In this document: one piece after another, positions 13,336-24,520 of the stretch
Numbering within the stretch: position 1 is the stretch's first letter
Layout: each line of letters begins with the position of its first letter
Assembly (NCBI GenBank): GCA_963924565.1
Contig: OZ004612.1
Span: 1,798,001-1,862,000 of the forward strand
Direction of reading: 5' to 3'
DNA from: Ascidiella aspersa
Lineage: Eukaryota
DNA length: 64,000 bases
The notes under the pieces: generated by a model
What the model saw: the letters and a program-made list of their open reading frames with translations, nothing else
Databases searched by the model: none
Told to the model about the DNA's origin: nothing
Position numbers and translations under genes: made by a program

Positions 13336-15552
13336 CACTCACCACAGATGTTTTGATTAGACTCAAATATAAACCTTGTCCAGGCATTCAAAAAATTCAT
13401 CGTTTACTATTTTAGTATTACGGGATTAGCATAATTAATCTTTGTTCACATTTTTTGTTATTTAGAGATATTTCTTGACTCAGTAAAGAATATAAAACCC
13501 TTTCGTCAAAAAACGCTGCTTTAAAAGCAAACCTTAGATACAACAACAATAATTATTTCGACCTACTATCTGACGGTATAGTTTATATACAAACTGGTAT
13601 CGGGTATCGGCTCCATCCGATATTATCGGACATAGGTATTTCCACCAACAAATTCACAGTGAAACTTAGACATTATAAAAAACAAGTATTAGCAACACAT
13701 TTATTTAAATATGCAAAAAACAGATGCGAAGAAGAAATACAACAGCATCAAAGTATATTCAAGTGCATTAACAAAACATGGTAAAATGCATGCAATGCTA
13801 ACGAGTGGAAGTTTAAATGGTGAACTACACATTAACAAGTGGTTGAAATAAAGTAGTGGTCTATACAATAATAAATCAACATTATAACTTACATTGTTTG
13901 AGTAAAACACCATGGTGTATCCAAGTATTTAAACAATCTTGTTTATGTCAACAAAATGCATACAAATTCGCAATTGATCGAAACAGTTACAAACAAAAGT
14001 AGATAAAAATAAATTAAAGTTTAAATTAAACGTACAAAATGCAGAAATTTTAGCAATCTTTTAAATAAACTAAGTTCAACTTTTAAAATACGTGCGAGAA
14101 TTAATCTTGCAGGTTTTTGTCTAAAATCAAAGGTGCCACTTCCACCGCTCGATGTCGCCCTTGAGCTCCATTATTTAACCGCAAATAAATCTCAACTCAG
14201 CAAGCTTTAATTCTCTTAAGCCACTCCCATAGAACCACTGTCAGTAAATAACTAACTAGCCAATTACTTTTAAGCATCAATCATCTTGGACATCCCGTTT
14301 GGTGATTGGCCAATAGTAGTCACGTGATGGAAGAATGTACCTTGGTTTTTAAGGTGCAATTTTGTGTTTTTCCTTTTAAGTAAACTTAACAAATAGCCGC
14401 GTTAAAAAACGAAACGCCAAAACGTGACGTCAAATGCAAGTAAGCTTAAGAAAACACACATTTCGTTTATTTGTTAAACTCTTCGGTTGGAGAGCTGCTG
14501 CTACTTACAATACAAAAGCTACAATGATGTTATCGATTCGCGCAAAACGATCAAACGCCTTTAGTTGCTTTAGATGCCAAAACGTTGTTTTAGAGACGCA
14601 CGACCATCTCGTCTAAACCTTAAACTAGTCACCGATTTATTTGTCAAATATGCTGACTCACAATAAAGTTTTCACAGATTTTGTTAATTTTTGCAATCCT
14701 TGTTGTTGTTTTAAATAGGTATGTTATCTAAGTACTTCCAAAACTGCTTAAAATCGTTTCGCAAGTTTTTTCAAATATTTTTGCAGCGAGTTACAACTTT
14801 ACAAATTGAAATAATCGATTATTTTCCCTGATTCATTTTCGTCCATTCTGTTAAAGTTAATTTCGACACTTGTAAAACGTAAACAAAGGAAAGGTGTTAC
14901 GTAACAATGCCGAGCGCTGCGCTGTATTGTGACGCGTGTTGCCAAACAATGACTTATAGAATGTGACGTCATCAATATACCCGATAATACTCAGTTTGGC
15001 TCAAAATCGCTTGATATCTTGTATGCGGGAATAGGCGACCACTGCTCTACCAACTGAACAATAAACTTTATTTGAATTCTGCAGAGTTAGCACAATCAAG
15101 TTAGTGTAATAAAACAAAAAAGTTTTAAGTTTGGTTTTAATGAAATAACAATTTATAAACAACACTTATATGTACATTTTCTTTACTTCATATTAAACCT
15201 TTTAAATCAAATATTTGGCGTCTTATAATAATGATTTACCAACAGGATAAAAATTTTCCACATAAAATTTGATATTTTGTCTCATAAGCGAGAGTTAAAA
15301 GTGTAAATAAACTGTAAATAAATGCATTTATAGACCACTTCAAATAAATTTGGCCTATTTATTCAAAAGGATCACCAACAATAATTATTAGGAAGTTTAA
15401 TTTTTCACTTTCAAACCACGTCTTGCAAGTTTTAATATTTTGTCGCATTCTTTAATTTTCTCACTCGCCAAAGGATCGTCGATTTTTCTCCACAACTTGA
15501 TTGCTGTTTTCGAACTCTTAATTGCCTTTTCATGTAGCTTTTTTATTTTTTT

Positions 15553-18500
15553 TCATGAAAAAATCTCGGCAAGTTTTATAATGCCGTAGCACTCGTTAAT
15601 TTTTTCATTCGCCAAAGGATGGTCGATTTTTCTGCACAACTTGATTGCTGTTTTCGAACTCTGCATTGCTTTGTCATATAGCTTCATCTGCAAATAACAT
15701 TCACTGATTCGCAAGTGACAATCTGCAATACACCTCGCTACATTTTTATCGGGATCCGACGTCGAATGAAGTTCGATTTCTTGTTCAAAGCATTTCACCG
15801 CATTTTCAAACTTGTCAAGTTGTTGATACGAATGACCGACACCATAAAATGAATATTTACGTTCTTTTAATGGAAGTTGTTTTATATATTCTTCCCCTTT
15901 TTCGAAGTAAACAAGAACCTGCTCATGTTTGTTTAGTTCAAAGCAACATCTAATAAGTTCGCTATAACATTTTCCAACCATCAAACCTATCTCTACAGTT
16001 TTGTAAAAACGTAAAAACATTCCCAGAGAGGTTTCTAGTGGGTTATAAGCTTCCTCGTATCGATTAAGTTCGTTGAGACAAATTCCAGCGTTCACTCGTG
16101 CGTTTGCAACTAACAGCATAAAGTCATATCCCTGATGTCCATCACATGTGGAGATTACTTCGTTAAACCGATCTAACGCTAATTTGTAATTAATGCTGTC
16201 AAATAAATGTGTTCCAATACACCTATACATTCCAGCTCTGACACGTACTTTACTTTGCTTAAATTGTTTACTTGAGGGGTAGAGCTTATAAGCTTGTTTA
16301 AACAAATCACTTGCTCGAAGAAATTTTTTCTTTTTGACTTGAATTTTAGCCCGCAACACCATGCATTCAGCAGGGAGTTGAAATGTGTTGCCTTGAATAT
16401 AATGCTTACTCTTAGAAATATTTTCCGCTTTTTTAATGACTTTTTCAGCTTCTGTGTAGTTTTCCATTGCGACGTAAGTTTGACCAAGTTCTAGCAACGC
16501 AACTGCTGTGTCGTGATCTGAAGTTTCATCGAAGGCATTTTCACGACATTCAAGTAAATATTTCTCGCCGTATTTAATGCTTTTTTTGTATTTACCAATT
16601 CCACGGTAATATCGAGCAATATATCGTTGTGCGTTTTTCGAAACACTGTCGTTTAAAACAAGATTAATCATGTCACCAGCCTGCTCAAACATATGCTCTG
16701 TAAGATACAACGCAAACAACTCGCATTGGACTGTTCGTGCAACCATATCTACGCTGCGTAAATGCAAAGCTTTTTCGAAACATTCAATCGCATCCAAGTT
16801 CATTTCAAGTCCTTTGTAACAAATTCCCATCGAATACAAGATTACAGCCCGCATTGGATCGTGATCTTCCACGAAATCGTACGCACATCGAAAAACCATT
16901 AACGCAGTTTTACGCTGATTAACTCTATGGTAACAAACACTTTCCCAAAAGCAACTCAGTGAGTTTGCTTCTTTTGATTCAAACATATTTTTGCTTCTTG
17001 TTTTTTTTATGACCTTAATTGCCTCGTTATACAAACGTAAAAACATAATCGAAAGTATAACACGACGCCAAGTTAATTCTTTCAATTCAGATTTCTTGGT
17101 GGTGAACATTTGCAAAGTGGAAGCTAAAGAGAAAAAATCAACAATTCTTGATTTTCCATATATTTCAAGCAACAAATCATGAAAAGGTTCGAATCTTGCG
17201 TCAAGATAATCGCACTGGCGGGAGTATTTGAAGTAAACCCGCAACCTAACTTCACAGGCGAAAGCAAGTGTGAACATAAAATCATCCGATTGTTGCTGTG
17301 ATATTTGGCCTGAAGTCAATTCTCGCAGAATATCAAAAGAAGACGACGATTTGCAATTATATCGTCTACCAAGTGCTGCTATAAACAAAGTGACGCTTCG
17401 AAATACGACGTTTTTTATGTTTACTGAGTTTTCAATATCCATCAAAGCCAAGCATTTATCGATGTTGAATTTGTCAGAATCTTCTTTAAGTTGGTTTTCT
17501 AGATTCTCATCGAAACGAGGTTGTTGTAAGATGTCAATTGTTTTCATCTTCATTTGATCGTAGATTGCATCATCGCCACAAACAAAGCATATTTTAGTTA
17601 AAATATCACCCAAGTGGTAACCGTTTTTAAGGTCAATATCCCGTCCAAGATATTCAAGCATTTCAGAGACAGGTTTGATCAGCTCGGTATCCCAGGGTTT
17701 GTTCGGTGTAGCTGACCTACCAAGTGGGAACTTGCAAGCATGTGGCATCATTCCATCAAACGAAATGCCACGAGGTGTATGCGCATCAAAGAACCAATCT
17801 TGGTCGTTTTCCTGATCATTAATGTAAGGCAAAGCTAAGCTTGGTATTATGGTTTCACCAAAGTTTACAACCACAACTTGAAAAATCACAGACACCCAAC
17901 GGAAATATTCCAGTATATCGCCATAATCTGAACGATTTTGAACACCTTCTTCCAACAGATAGATGTGCTCGAAATCTGAATAAGGAGTGATTTCATTTCT
18001 AGCAAGTGATCCCATACCAACCAAAGTATATTTACAAGGAGCTGGACCTGTAGCTTCCACACAAAACTCCATTATATCTGCCATAAGCCACTTGTATTTT
18101 TCTGTGATGATTTTTTGTAAACTCTCAATCAGACTAGCTCTACGTTGATCGGTTTCTGCAAGTGAAATTGCTTTTAACGCAATATCCTTTATCCAACACC
18201 GAAAGTCTTTCACTTTAGTGACAGATGCTTCAACCAGTTGCTTCAAACTGTCCACACTGGTGTCATGGCTGCCAGCAAGTCGAAGAACATGCGAACAAAG
18301 CTCATCGAGATCTTTCTCAACCTCAGCAACGTTGTCAGGTTTCCTCACAACAGCTGCATTTAACAACACGGCGCTGCGAATGAGAGATATTTTCTTGTCT
18401 CTACCCTCGGGTAATTCATCAGCTATTTCGTGATATGCCCGGCCTAATTGGTGGATAACTTTGGCGGATTGTTCTACATCACGTTCCTTTCCGTTTGCGT

Positions 18501-18582
18501 AACATAGTGACTTTAATTCCTTTGCAAGTTCATAAGTTTTAACTTTGTAAATACTAGCTTTATTATCTGAGCACCCTTGCAT
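15553..18582 (-). CDS. Intronless nucleotidyltransferase (Pol-beta fold, GlnD/GlnE/DUF294-like) + helical substrate-binding domain + C-terminal TPR array, 1009 aa
   Basis: Motif LVGMGSLARNEITPYSDFEH fits hG[GS]x9-13Dh[DE]; candidate third carboxylate in GISFDG. DUF294_C/NTase_sub_bind-like segment NIKNVVFRSVTLFIAALG...FACEVRLR. TPR consensus (e.g. YSMGICYKGLEMNLDAIECFEKAL, YGVGHSYQQLDKFENAVKCFEQEI) recurs over the last ~480 aa. Confidence 0.92.
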   Translation of the reverse strand: MQGCSDNKASIYKVKTYELAKELKSLCYANGKERDVEQSAKVIHQLGRAYHEIADELPEGRDKKISLIRSAVLLNAAVVRKPDNVAEVEKDLDELCSHVLRLAGSHDTSVDSLKQLVEASVTKVKDFRCWIKDIALKAISLAETDQRRASLIESLQKIITEKYKWLMADIMEFCVEATGPAPCKYTLVGMGSLARNEITPYSDFEHIYLLEEGVQNRSDYGDILEYFRWVSVIFQVVVVNFGETIIPSLALPYINDQENDQDWFFDAHTPRGISFDGMMPHACKFPLGRSATPNKPWDTELIKPVSEMLEYLGRDIDLKNGYHLGDILTKICFVCGDDAIYDQMKMKTIDILQQPRFDENLENQLKEDSDKFNIDKCLALMDIENSVNIKNVVFRSVTLFIAALGRRYNCKSSSSFDILRELTSGQISQQQSDDFMFTLAFACEVRLRVYFKYSRQCDYLDARFEPFHDLLLEIYGKSRIVDFFSLASTLQMFTTKKSELKELTWRRVILSIMFLRLYNEAIKVIKKTRSKNMFESKEANSLSCFWESVCYHRVNQRKTALMVFRCAYDFVEDHDPMRAVILYSMGICYKGLEMNLDAIECFEKALHLRSVDMVARTVQCELFALYLTEHMFEQAGDMINLVLNDSVSKNAQRYIARYYRGIGKYKKSIKYGEKYLLECRENAFDETSDHDTAVALLELGQTYVAMENYTEAEKVIKKAENISKSKHYIQGNTFQLPAECMVLRAKIQVKKKKFLRASDLFKQAYKLYPSSKQFKQSKVRVRAGMYRCIGTHLFDSINYKLALDRFNEVISTCDGHQGYDFMLLVANARVNAGICLNELNRYEEAYNPLETSLGMFLRFYKTVEIGLMVGKCYSELIRCCFELNKHEQVLVYFEKGEEYIKQLPLKERKYSFYGVGHSYQQLDKFENAVKCFEQEIELHSTSDPDKNVARCIADCHLRISECYLQMKLYDKAMQSSKTAIKLCRKIDHPLANEKINECYGIIKLAEIFS

Positions 18583-20400
18583 ATTACAACTGATTGTAAA
18601 TTTCTAAAAAAGCAAGTAAAGTTGTAAAATGCAGGTTAATCTTGTTATTTACCGATTAAATGCACTTCTGATCTAAAAAGTACGACTTCTAAATTACAAG
18701 CAACGAAGAACTATTAACTATAATTCAGTCTACATTGAAGCAACTCAATATTATGCTTAACCAATTCAGGTGGGCTGGCTGTGACGCGACTATTACCGGA
18801 TGTGACGCGACAATCACCGGCCGTGACGCAGTGAATAAATATGAGCCTAGCCATTGTTTGTCGAAGCGAGCAACAAGCAAAGGTAAAATACACAACTATT
18901 TATTGGTTTAATAAATAAATGTGTTTAAATACGTTAAATGTAAATCTTGTTTGATAAAACTTTAAGAAATAAAGCTAAATGTCAATGTCAAAGATTATCA
19001 GACTGCTTGTTATATTTGAAAGTAAATTGTGACCCAGTGGTTACTTAGTTAAAATAAACATGACCTAACTTAACCGATTTTGGGTAATTTGATTTTGTAA
19101 TTGTCACCTTTTTAGTTGAAACACCTGAATTAATTCACATGTGCAAATGTGGATATTTTGTATTGGTAATACATTTTTAGCTCGAACTAAACCAGCTTTA
19201 TGGTCATTTGTTTGATATATAGATATATATGCACACAGTGAACTTGTATTTAAGCTGTTTGCGACATGATGGTGTTTAGCACTTTTTTTCGTTTTTTTAT
19301 GCGGCAATTTCGGGAAATTAACAAATTTGTTTTTTGTTCTCGTTTAACCAAATTGCTGAAATTAGTGGGTCTTTATCACCTCCTAACGGACAAACATTTA
19401 CTCAACATATTTTAAAATAAGGATTATATTACAACTTGTTATATGAAGCCAATATGATATGCTGTAAATTACGTAACACTTTTAACTTAAAATGGCTCAA
19501 AAATACCAAGGGTCTTTATCGTTACAATGCAATGTGCGGTTTGGTCACATGGCTTGGGTTGAAATGAATTGTGGTTATTTAACATTTTACTCTAAAATAA
19601 AGCTATTTATCTAATTGTTTGCACGTAAAACGATTATCATATGTTGGTATTTCTTATTTTTAGTTAAGGTTTTACTTAAACAAGCTTGTTATTTTTTTAA
19701 CTTGAATTTTACTTAAACTTAGCTAAAAGCGCCTATAAACCACTGTAGCCTGATACACTCTAGTATTGGCCGTAGCTCTTAAACCACCCAAGTGAAACCA
19801 ACTTTTTATTGACAATTAATGTCGAAGCTTACAAATAACACAATAGCAGTTACACATGAGCACATTTTGAACTTAATATTTTGCGGCTTGAGCTTTGTAT
19901 AATGTTTAACTAGTTCGAGAAATATCAAGACCAGTGTATTACATCTAACTAAAACTTCCGTTATACTCCACAGATTAACTGGCGTAAATTTAACTAGCTT
20001 AGAAATAAAAAATAACAATAAATTGAGTGATATGTCGCCCTATAATTTATTTGAAACTTGCGTAGGAGTTTCGTTTTACAAGGTTATGTAAGTTTCCTGC
20101 AGTTCACATTAATAGATCTTCACACACACACTTTAAAAACAGCAATTAATTAAATTCCTGCTACATTCACTCGAAATTCACCTCAAGTCAATCAATCAGT
20201 TGCCAATCTAGCATTGCGTTCTTGTGGCTTCCAGCATGCTTTGGGCTGCAAAGAAGTTGTTGCAAAAATTTAACAAACCTTGTTTATTTAAGCGTTTCTA
20301 CAGCGGGCCTTGGTTGAAGAAAGAGTTGTAAGGGTAATTTAAGTGCAGAAAAACGCTAACTTTCATGTTGACCTTTTGTTAAAATATTTGTTATTTTTGT

Positions 20401-20944
20401 TGCATGGCAGATATAGTTTTCGTTAAATTGCATGGCAGATATAGTTTTCGTTAAATTGCATGGCAGATATAGTTTTCGTTAAATTACATGGCAGATATAG
20501 TTTTCTTTAAATTGCATGGCAGATATAGTTTTCGTTACATTGCATGGCAGATATAGTTTTCGTTACATTGCATGGCAGATATAGTTTTCGTTACATTGCA
20601 TGGCAGATATAGTTTTCGTTAAATTACATGGCAGATATAGTTTTCGTTACATTGCATGGCAGATATAGTTTTCGTTACATTGCATGGCAGATATAGTTTT
20701 CGTTAAATTACATGGCAGATATAGTTTTCTTTAAATTGCATGGCAGATATAGTTTTCGTTACATTGCATGGCAGATATAGTTTTCGTTACATTGCATGGC
20801 AGATATAGTTTTCGTTACATTGCATGGCAGATATAGTTTTCGTTACATTACATGGCAGATGTAGTTTTCGTTACATTACATGGCAGATATAGTTTTCGTT
20901 ACATTACATGGCAGATATAGTTTTCGTTATATTGCATGGCAGAT
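20401..20944. repeat. 28-bp minisatellite, about 19 copies
   Basis: Unit TGCATGGCAGATATAGTTTTCGTTA(A/C)AT repeated head-to-tail with no spacers. Confidence 0.97.
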
Positions 20945-21229
20945 GTGTTCTCTAGATACATTGCTACTTATTTATACAGCGGATGTTTTCATTTGTACCA
21001 ACATTTTGGTGTTGATTTGCTTTTATGTACAATTTTATGCTTAAAGAGTTGCACTCTAGATGTATTTGGAAATTATTTAAAAACTTCAAATGAGAAATGT
21101 TCCTTCTGAAAGGCGGATTATGTGCTTACTTTGTTTGGTGGTTGATTATCATTATGCCTTGGTCGTTAGATATAAGGTTTTATTGACATTTTTTGGTTGT
21201 TATGCTGTTATCGTTGGATATATTTATTT

Positions 21230-22330
21230 GCTGCGTTTTTTTTTAATTTTGACCTTTTTGTTTTGACATTTGTTAAGGAATTTTGTTCTTGTCTCTTTCG
21301 GTTGTTTAAATGAAGTTGTTCTTGTCTTCTATGATTGTTCAATTTTTTTTTTACATTTTGCTTGTTTGAAGGATTCTGTTTTGACTTTTCGTTATTGTCG
21401 GAAGAATATTGTTCTTGCTTTTTTAGTTATTTGAAGAATTTTGTTTTTTACTTTTTTTGGTTGTTTGAAGGATTTTGTTTTTACTATTTTTGGCATTTTG
21501 TTTTTGTCTATTTTGGTTGTTTGAAACGATTTTGTTTAGCGTTTTTTATTGTATGAAGGAATTTGTTTTAACTTTTTTGGGTTGTTTACCTGCAATAATT
21601 TGTTTTTGTCTTTTTTGATTGTTTGAAGGATTTTGTTTTTACTTTTTTGGTTGTTTGAAGTATTTTGTTTTTGTCTTTTTTGGTGGTTGAATGAAATATT
21701 TTATTTTGAACATTTTGATTGAGGAAAAGATTTAGTTTTTATCTGACTTTTTTCGGTGGTCGAAGGATTCTGCTTGTGTCTTTTTTGATGGTTGGTTGAA
21801 GGATTTTGTTTTTACTATTTTTGGCATTTTGTTTTTGTCTATTTTGGTTGTTTGAAACGATTTTGTTTAGCGTTTTTTATTGTATGAGGGAATTTGTTTT
21901 AACTTTTTTGGGTTGTTTACCTGCAATATATATTTATATATTTTTTTGGGTTGTTTGAAGGATTTTGTTTTTACTTTTTTCGTTGTTTAACTGCAATAAT
22001 TTGTTTTTGTCTTTTTTGATTGTTTGAAGGATTTTGTTTTTACTTTTTTGGTTGTTTGAAGTATTTTGTTTTTGTCTTTTTTGGTGGTTGAATGCAATAT
22101 TTTATTTTGAACTTTTTGATTGAGGAAAAGATTTAGTTTTTATCTGACTTTTTTCGGTGGTCGAAGGATTCTGTTTGTGTCTTTTTTGATGGTTGGTTGA
22201 AGAATTTTTTACGTGTTTTTGTTCTTTGACCGATTTTGTTTTGCATTTTATGGTTGTTTGAAGGATTTTACTTTCTGATTGTTTGAAAGATTTTGTTCTT
22301 GTTTTTTTAAGTGTGTGAATAATTATTTAG
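21230..22330. repeat. Degenerate T-rich tandem repeat (~31 bp) with higher-order duplication
   Basis: Recurrent TTTTTTGGTTGTTTGAAGGATTTTGTTTTTAC; multi-unit blocks are repeated, e.g. about 21590-21810 versus 21990-22205. Confidence 0.85.
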
Positions 22331-22689
22331 TTTTTGTTGTTGTTGGAAATATTTTGATTGTTCAATGATAGCGTGTTTACCTTTTTTTTTTAATAATAGA
22401 CTATTGCCATTTCTTTTTTGCTTGGTGGTTTGCTTTGAATGTGTTTACATTGTTTGGGCGTTTACGGATTAGTTTTATTAGAATAGTAATTTGTCATTTC
22501 TTGTAATTTATGATGATAAAAGTATTGCCTGTATATTTTTTCCACTAAAAAAACGATGGTGTGGTCGTACAAGCGCGCAGCTCGAAAACATATGGGATTT
22601 GTGCAGTCAAATGTATCTAACCATAGCTTATTTTAAGCCTTATTGTTTTCTATAACCTGGGGGATTTTCTATAAGCTGGGGGATTTGAC

Positions 22690-23400
22690 TGTCATGTTGG
22701 CTGGTTATAAGTGTCATGTTGGCAGGTGGTCGGTGTCATGTTGGCTGGTGGTGGCATGTTTTTTATGTGCAGGTTACATGGACATAAGTTATTTGATTAT
22801 AAAGTTGGCCGAGGTGGGTTGTGCGTCATTGGTTATATAGGTAGTCGGTTGGCTGGTTATAAGTGTCATGTTGGCAGGTGGTCGGTGTGGTCGGTGTCAT
22901 GTTGGCTGGCGGTTAGTGTCATGTTGGCTTGTGTTCGGTGTCATGTTGGCAGGTGGTCGGTGTCATGTTGGCAGGCGGTCGGTGTGGTCGGTGTCATGTT
23001 GGCTGGTGGTTAGTGTCATGTTGGTAGGTGATCGGTGTCATGTTGGCAGGTGATCGGTGTCATGTTGGCAGGTGGTCGGTGTCATGTTGTCTGGTGGTCG
23101 GTGTCATATTGGCTTGTGGCTGTTGGTCGCTGTTAGCAGGTAGTGGTCTCTCAATGCCATGTTAGTTTCATTTTGGCCGATTGCCAGTGTCATGTCATAT
23201 TTGAAGTGCCATGTTAGCAATTTATCGGTGGCATTTAAGCAGATTGCCGGTGTCATGTTGGCAGGTAACCAGTGTCATGTTGGCAAGTGGTGCTGCTGTC
23301 ATGTTGGCAAGTGGTTCTGCTGTCCGGTTGGCAAGTGGTTCTGCTGTCATGTTGGCAAGTGGTGCTGCTGTCACGTTGGCAGTTGGCCAGTGTCCTGTTT
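22690..23400. repeat. Degenerate 21-22-bp minisatellite (GTGTCATGTTGGCAGGTGGTCG); paralog at about 53650-54140
   Basis: Directly visible repeat units, which also explain the repetitive small ORFs here. Confidence 0.9.
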
Positions 23401-24520
23401 GAGAAATGTTGGCAAATGTTTAGTAGCATAGGCCGTTTGTCAGTGTCAATTCTGTAGATCACCAACGATGTTTATAAAAGCATATAATTACAAAAATTAG
23501 GAAATTCTTTCAGTCACGTCAGCTGGTCTAGTTACGTCATTATGACGCGTTATAGAACAGGTGATGTCGTCGCTGCCATGGCAACCAGAAAATTACGTCT
23601 AAGCTTTCAGCAAATGTCTAATATTGAGGTAAGCATTTTATAATCAGTGTTTAAAGGTGAATCCCTGGAAGATAATACATTGTGACTTTGCTACATTAAT
23701 TGTCACTAAAGCCCTTATAATTATTCTCAAAGAATTATAAGTGATATAAATCACTGACGGTTTATAAAAGCTTAATATTTATGGTAAAAATTCTGAATTG
23801 GTGCAGTTTTATAATAAACTTAAATAACCTTGGTTACCGTGTTTAGCCATTTCGTTTCGCATTGAATATTCATTGTGTCATTTTATTAGATCATGATTAA
23901 ATATTACTTTAACTGATAATAACGGGAGTAAATCAGAAAATATATACGAAATTAAAAATATACTTGAATAAATTCTTATTTTAGAGCATTTTCAAGATTG
24001 TGAACGACTTCCAGCTGGCAAAAGCATCTTCATCAAACGACAAATGGTAAGTTATACAAATTATGTATTTCATTGAATAAAATGGCGGAGTATATCTTCT
24101 TCAATGTTAGGTTGCTTGGACTAACAAATGAAGCATTGGCGTTATGGATGTTTCTCGACTTGCTCTTCTCTGAGCTTGTGTAGCTCAGTTGGTAGAGCGA
24201 CGTTCCCGGCTTTACCGGAGGTCGTGAGTTCAAATCTCACACAGGCTAGTTGTTTTTCTAGTCTGCTCTGCTTGCATTAATCGACAGATTCGGTTAGTCT
24301 GCGATGGTTTACGGTGTTAACACAATATGGATTGCTTTGCAGGGATTTGATTAACGTAATCTTACTATACCACCGCATTATTGCCACATTCTAAACTTGT
24401 TGAATTATATTTCAGATTTCGCCATATATAGCACTTTTTCAACATTGACACTTAAAAACTAACTAATGTTGCATGTGTATTTTCTTTGCAATATTCCATC
24501 TTACGCAAACCAAAATGATC
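23000..24520 (+). repeat. Segmental duplication; paralog is about 53700-55093 + 59682-59910 (split by the copia insertion)
   Basis: Long colinear identity, including ATCACCAACGATGTTTATAAAAGC...AATATTGAGGTAAGC and the tRNA-like unit. The empty copia site reads TTGCTTTGCAGGGATTTGA. Confidence 0.92.
24174..24246 (+). ncRNA. Degenerate tRNA-like unit within a dispersed repeat (about 23985-24330); paralog at 54923-54997
   Basis: A box TAGCTCAGTTGG, B box GTTCAAATC, followed by TAGTTGTTTTT; the anticodon arm is disrupted. Confidence 0.75.

Noticed and set aside
15553-18582. Calling the NTase a cGAS/OAS homolog, or bacterial contamination
   Set aside because: Motif spacing and the helical domain fit GlnD/GlnE/DUF294 better. 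The gene is embedded among spliced genes and animal transposons and has locally duplicated flanks.
20401-20944. 28-bp repeats of CRISPR-like length
   Set aside because: No unique spacers, no cas genes, eukaryotic context; this is a minisatellite.
22643-23465. Cys/Trp-rich small ORFs (also 51133-51785, 53668-53976, 61408-61817)
   Set aside because: Translations of minisatellites.
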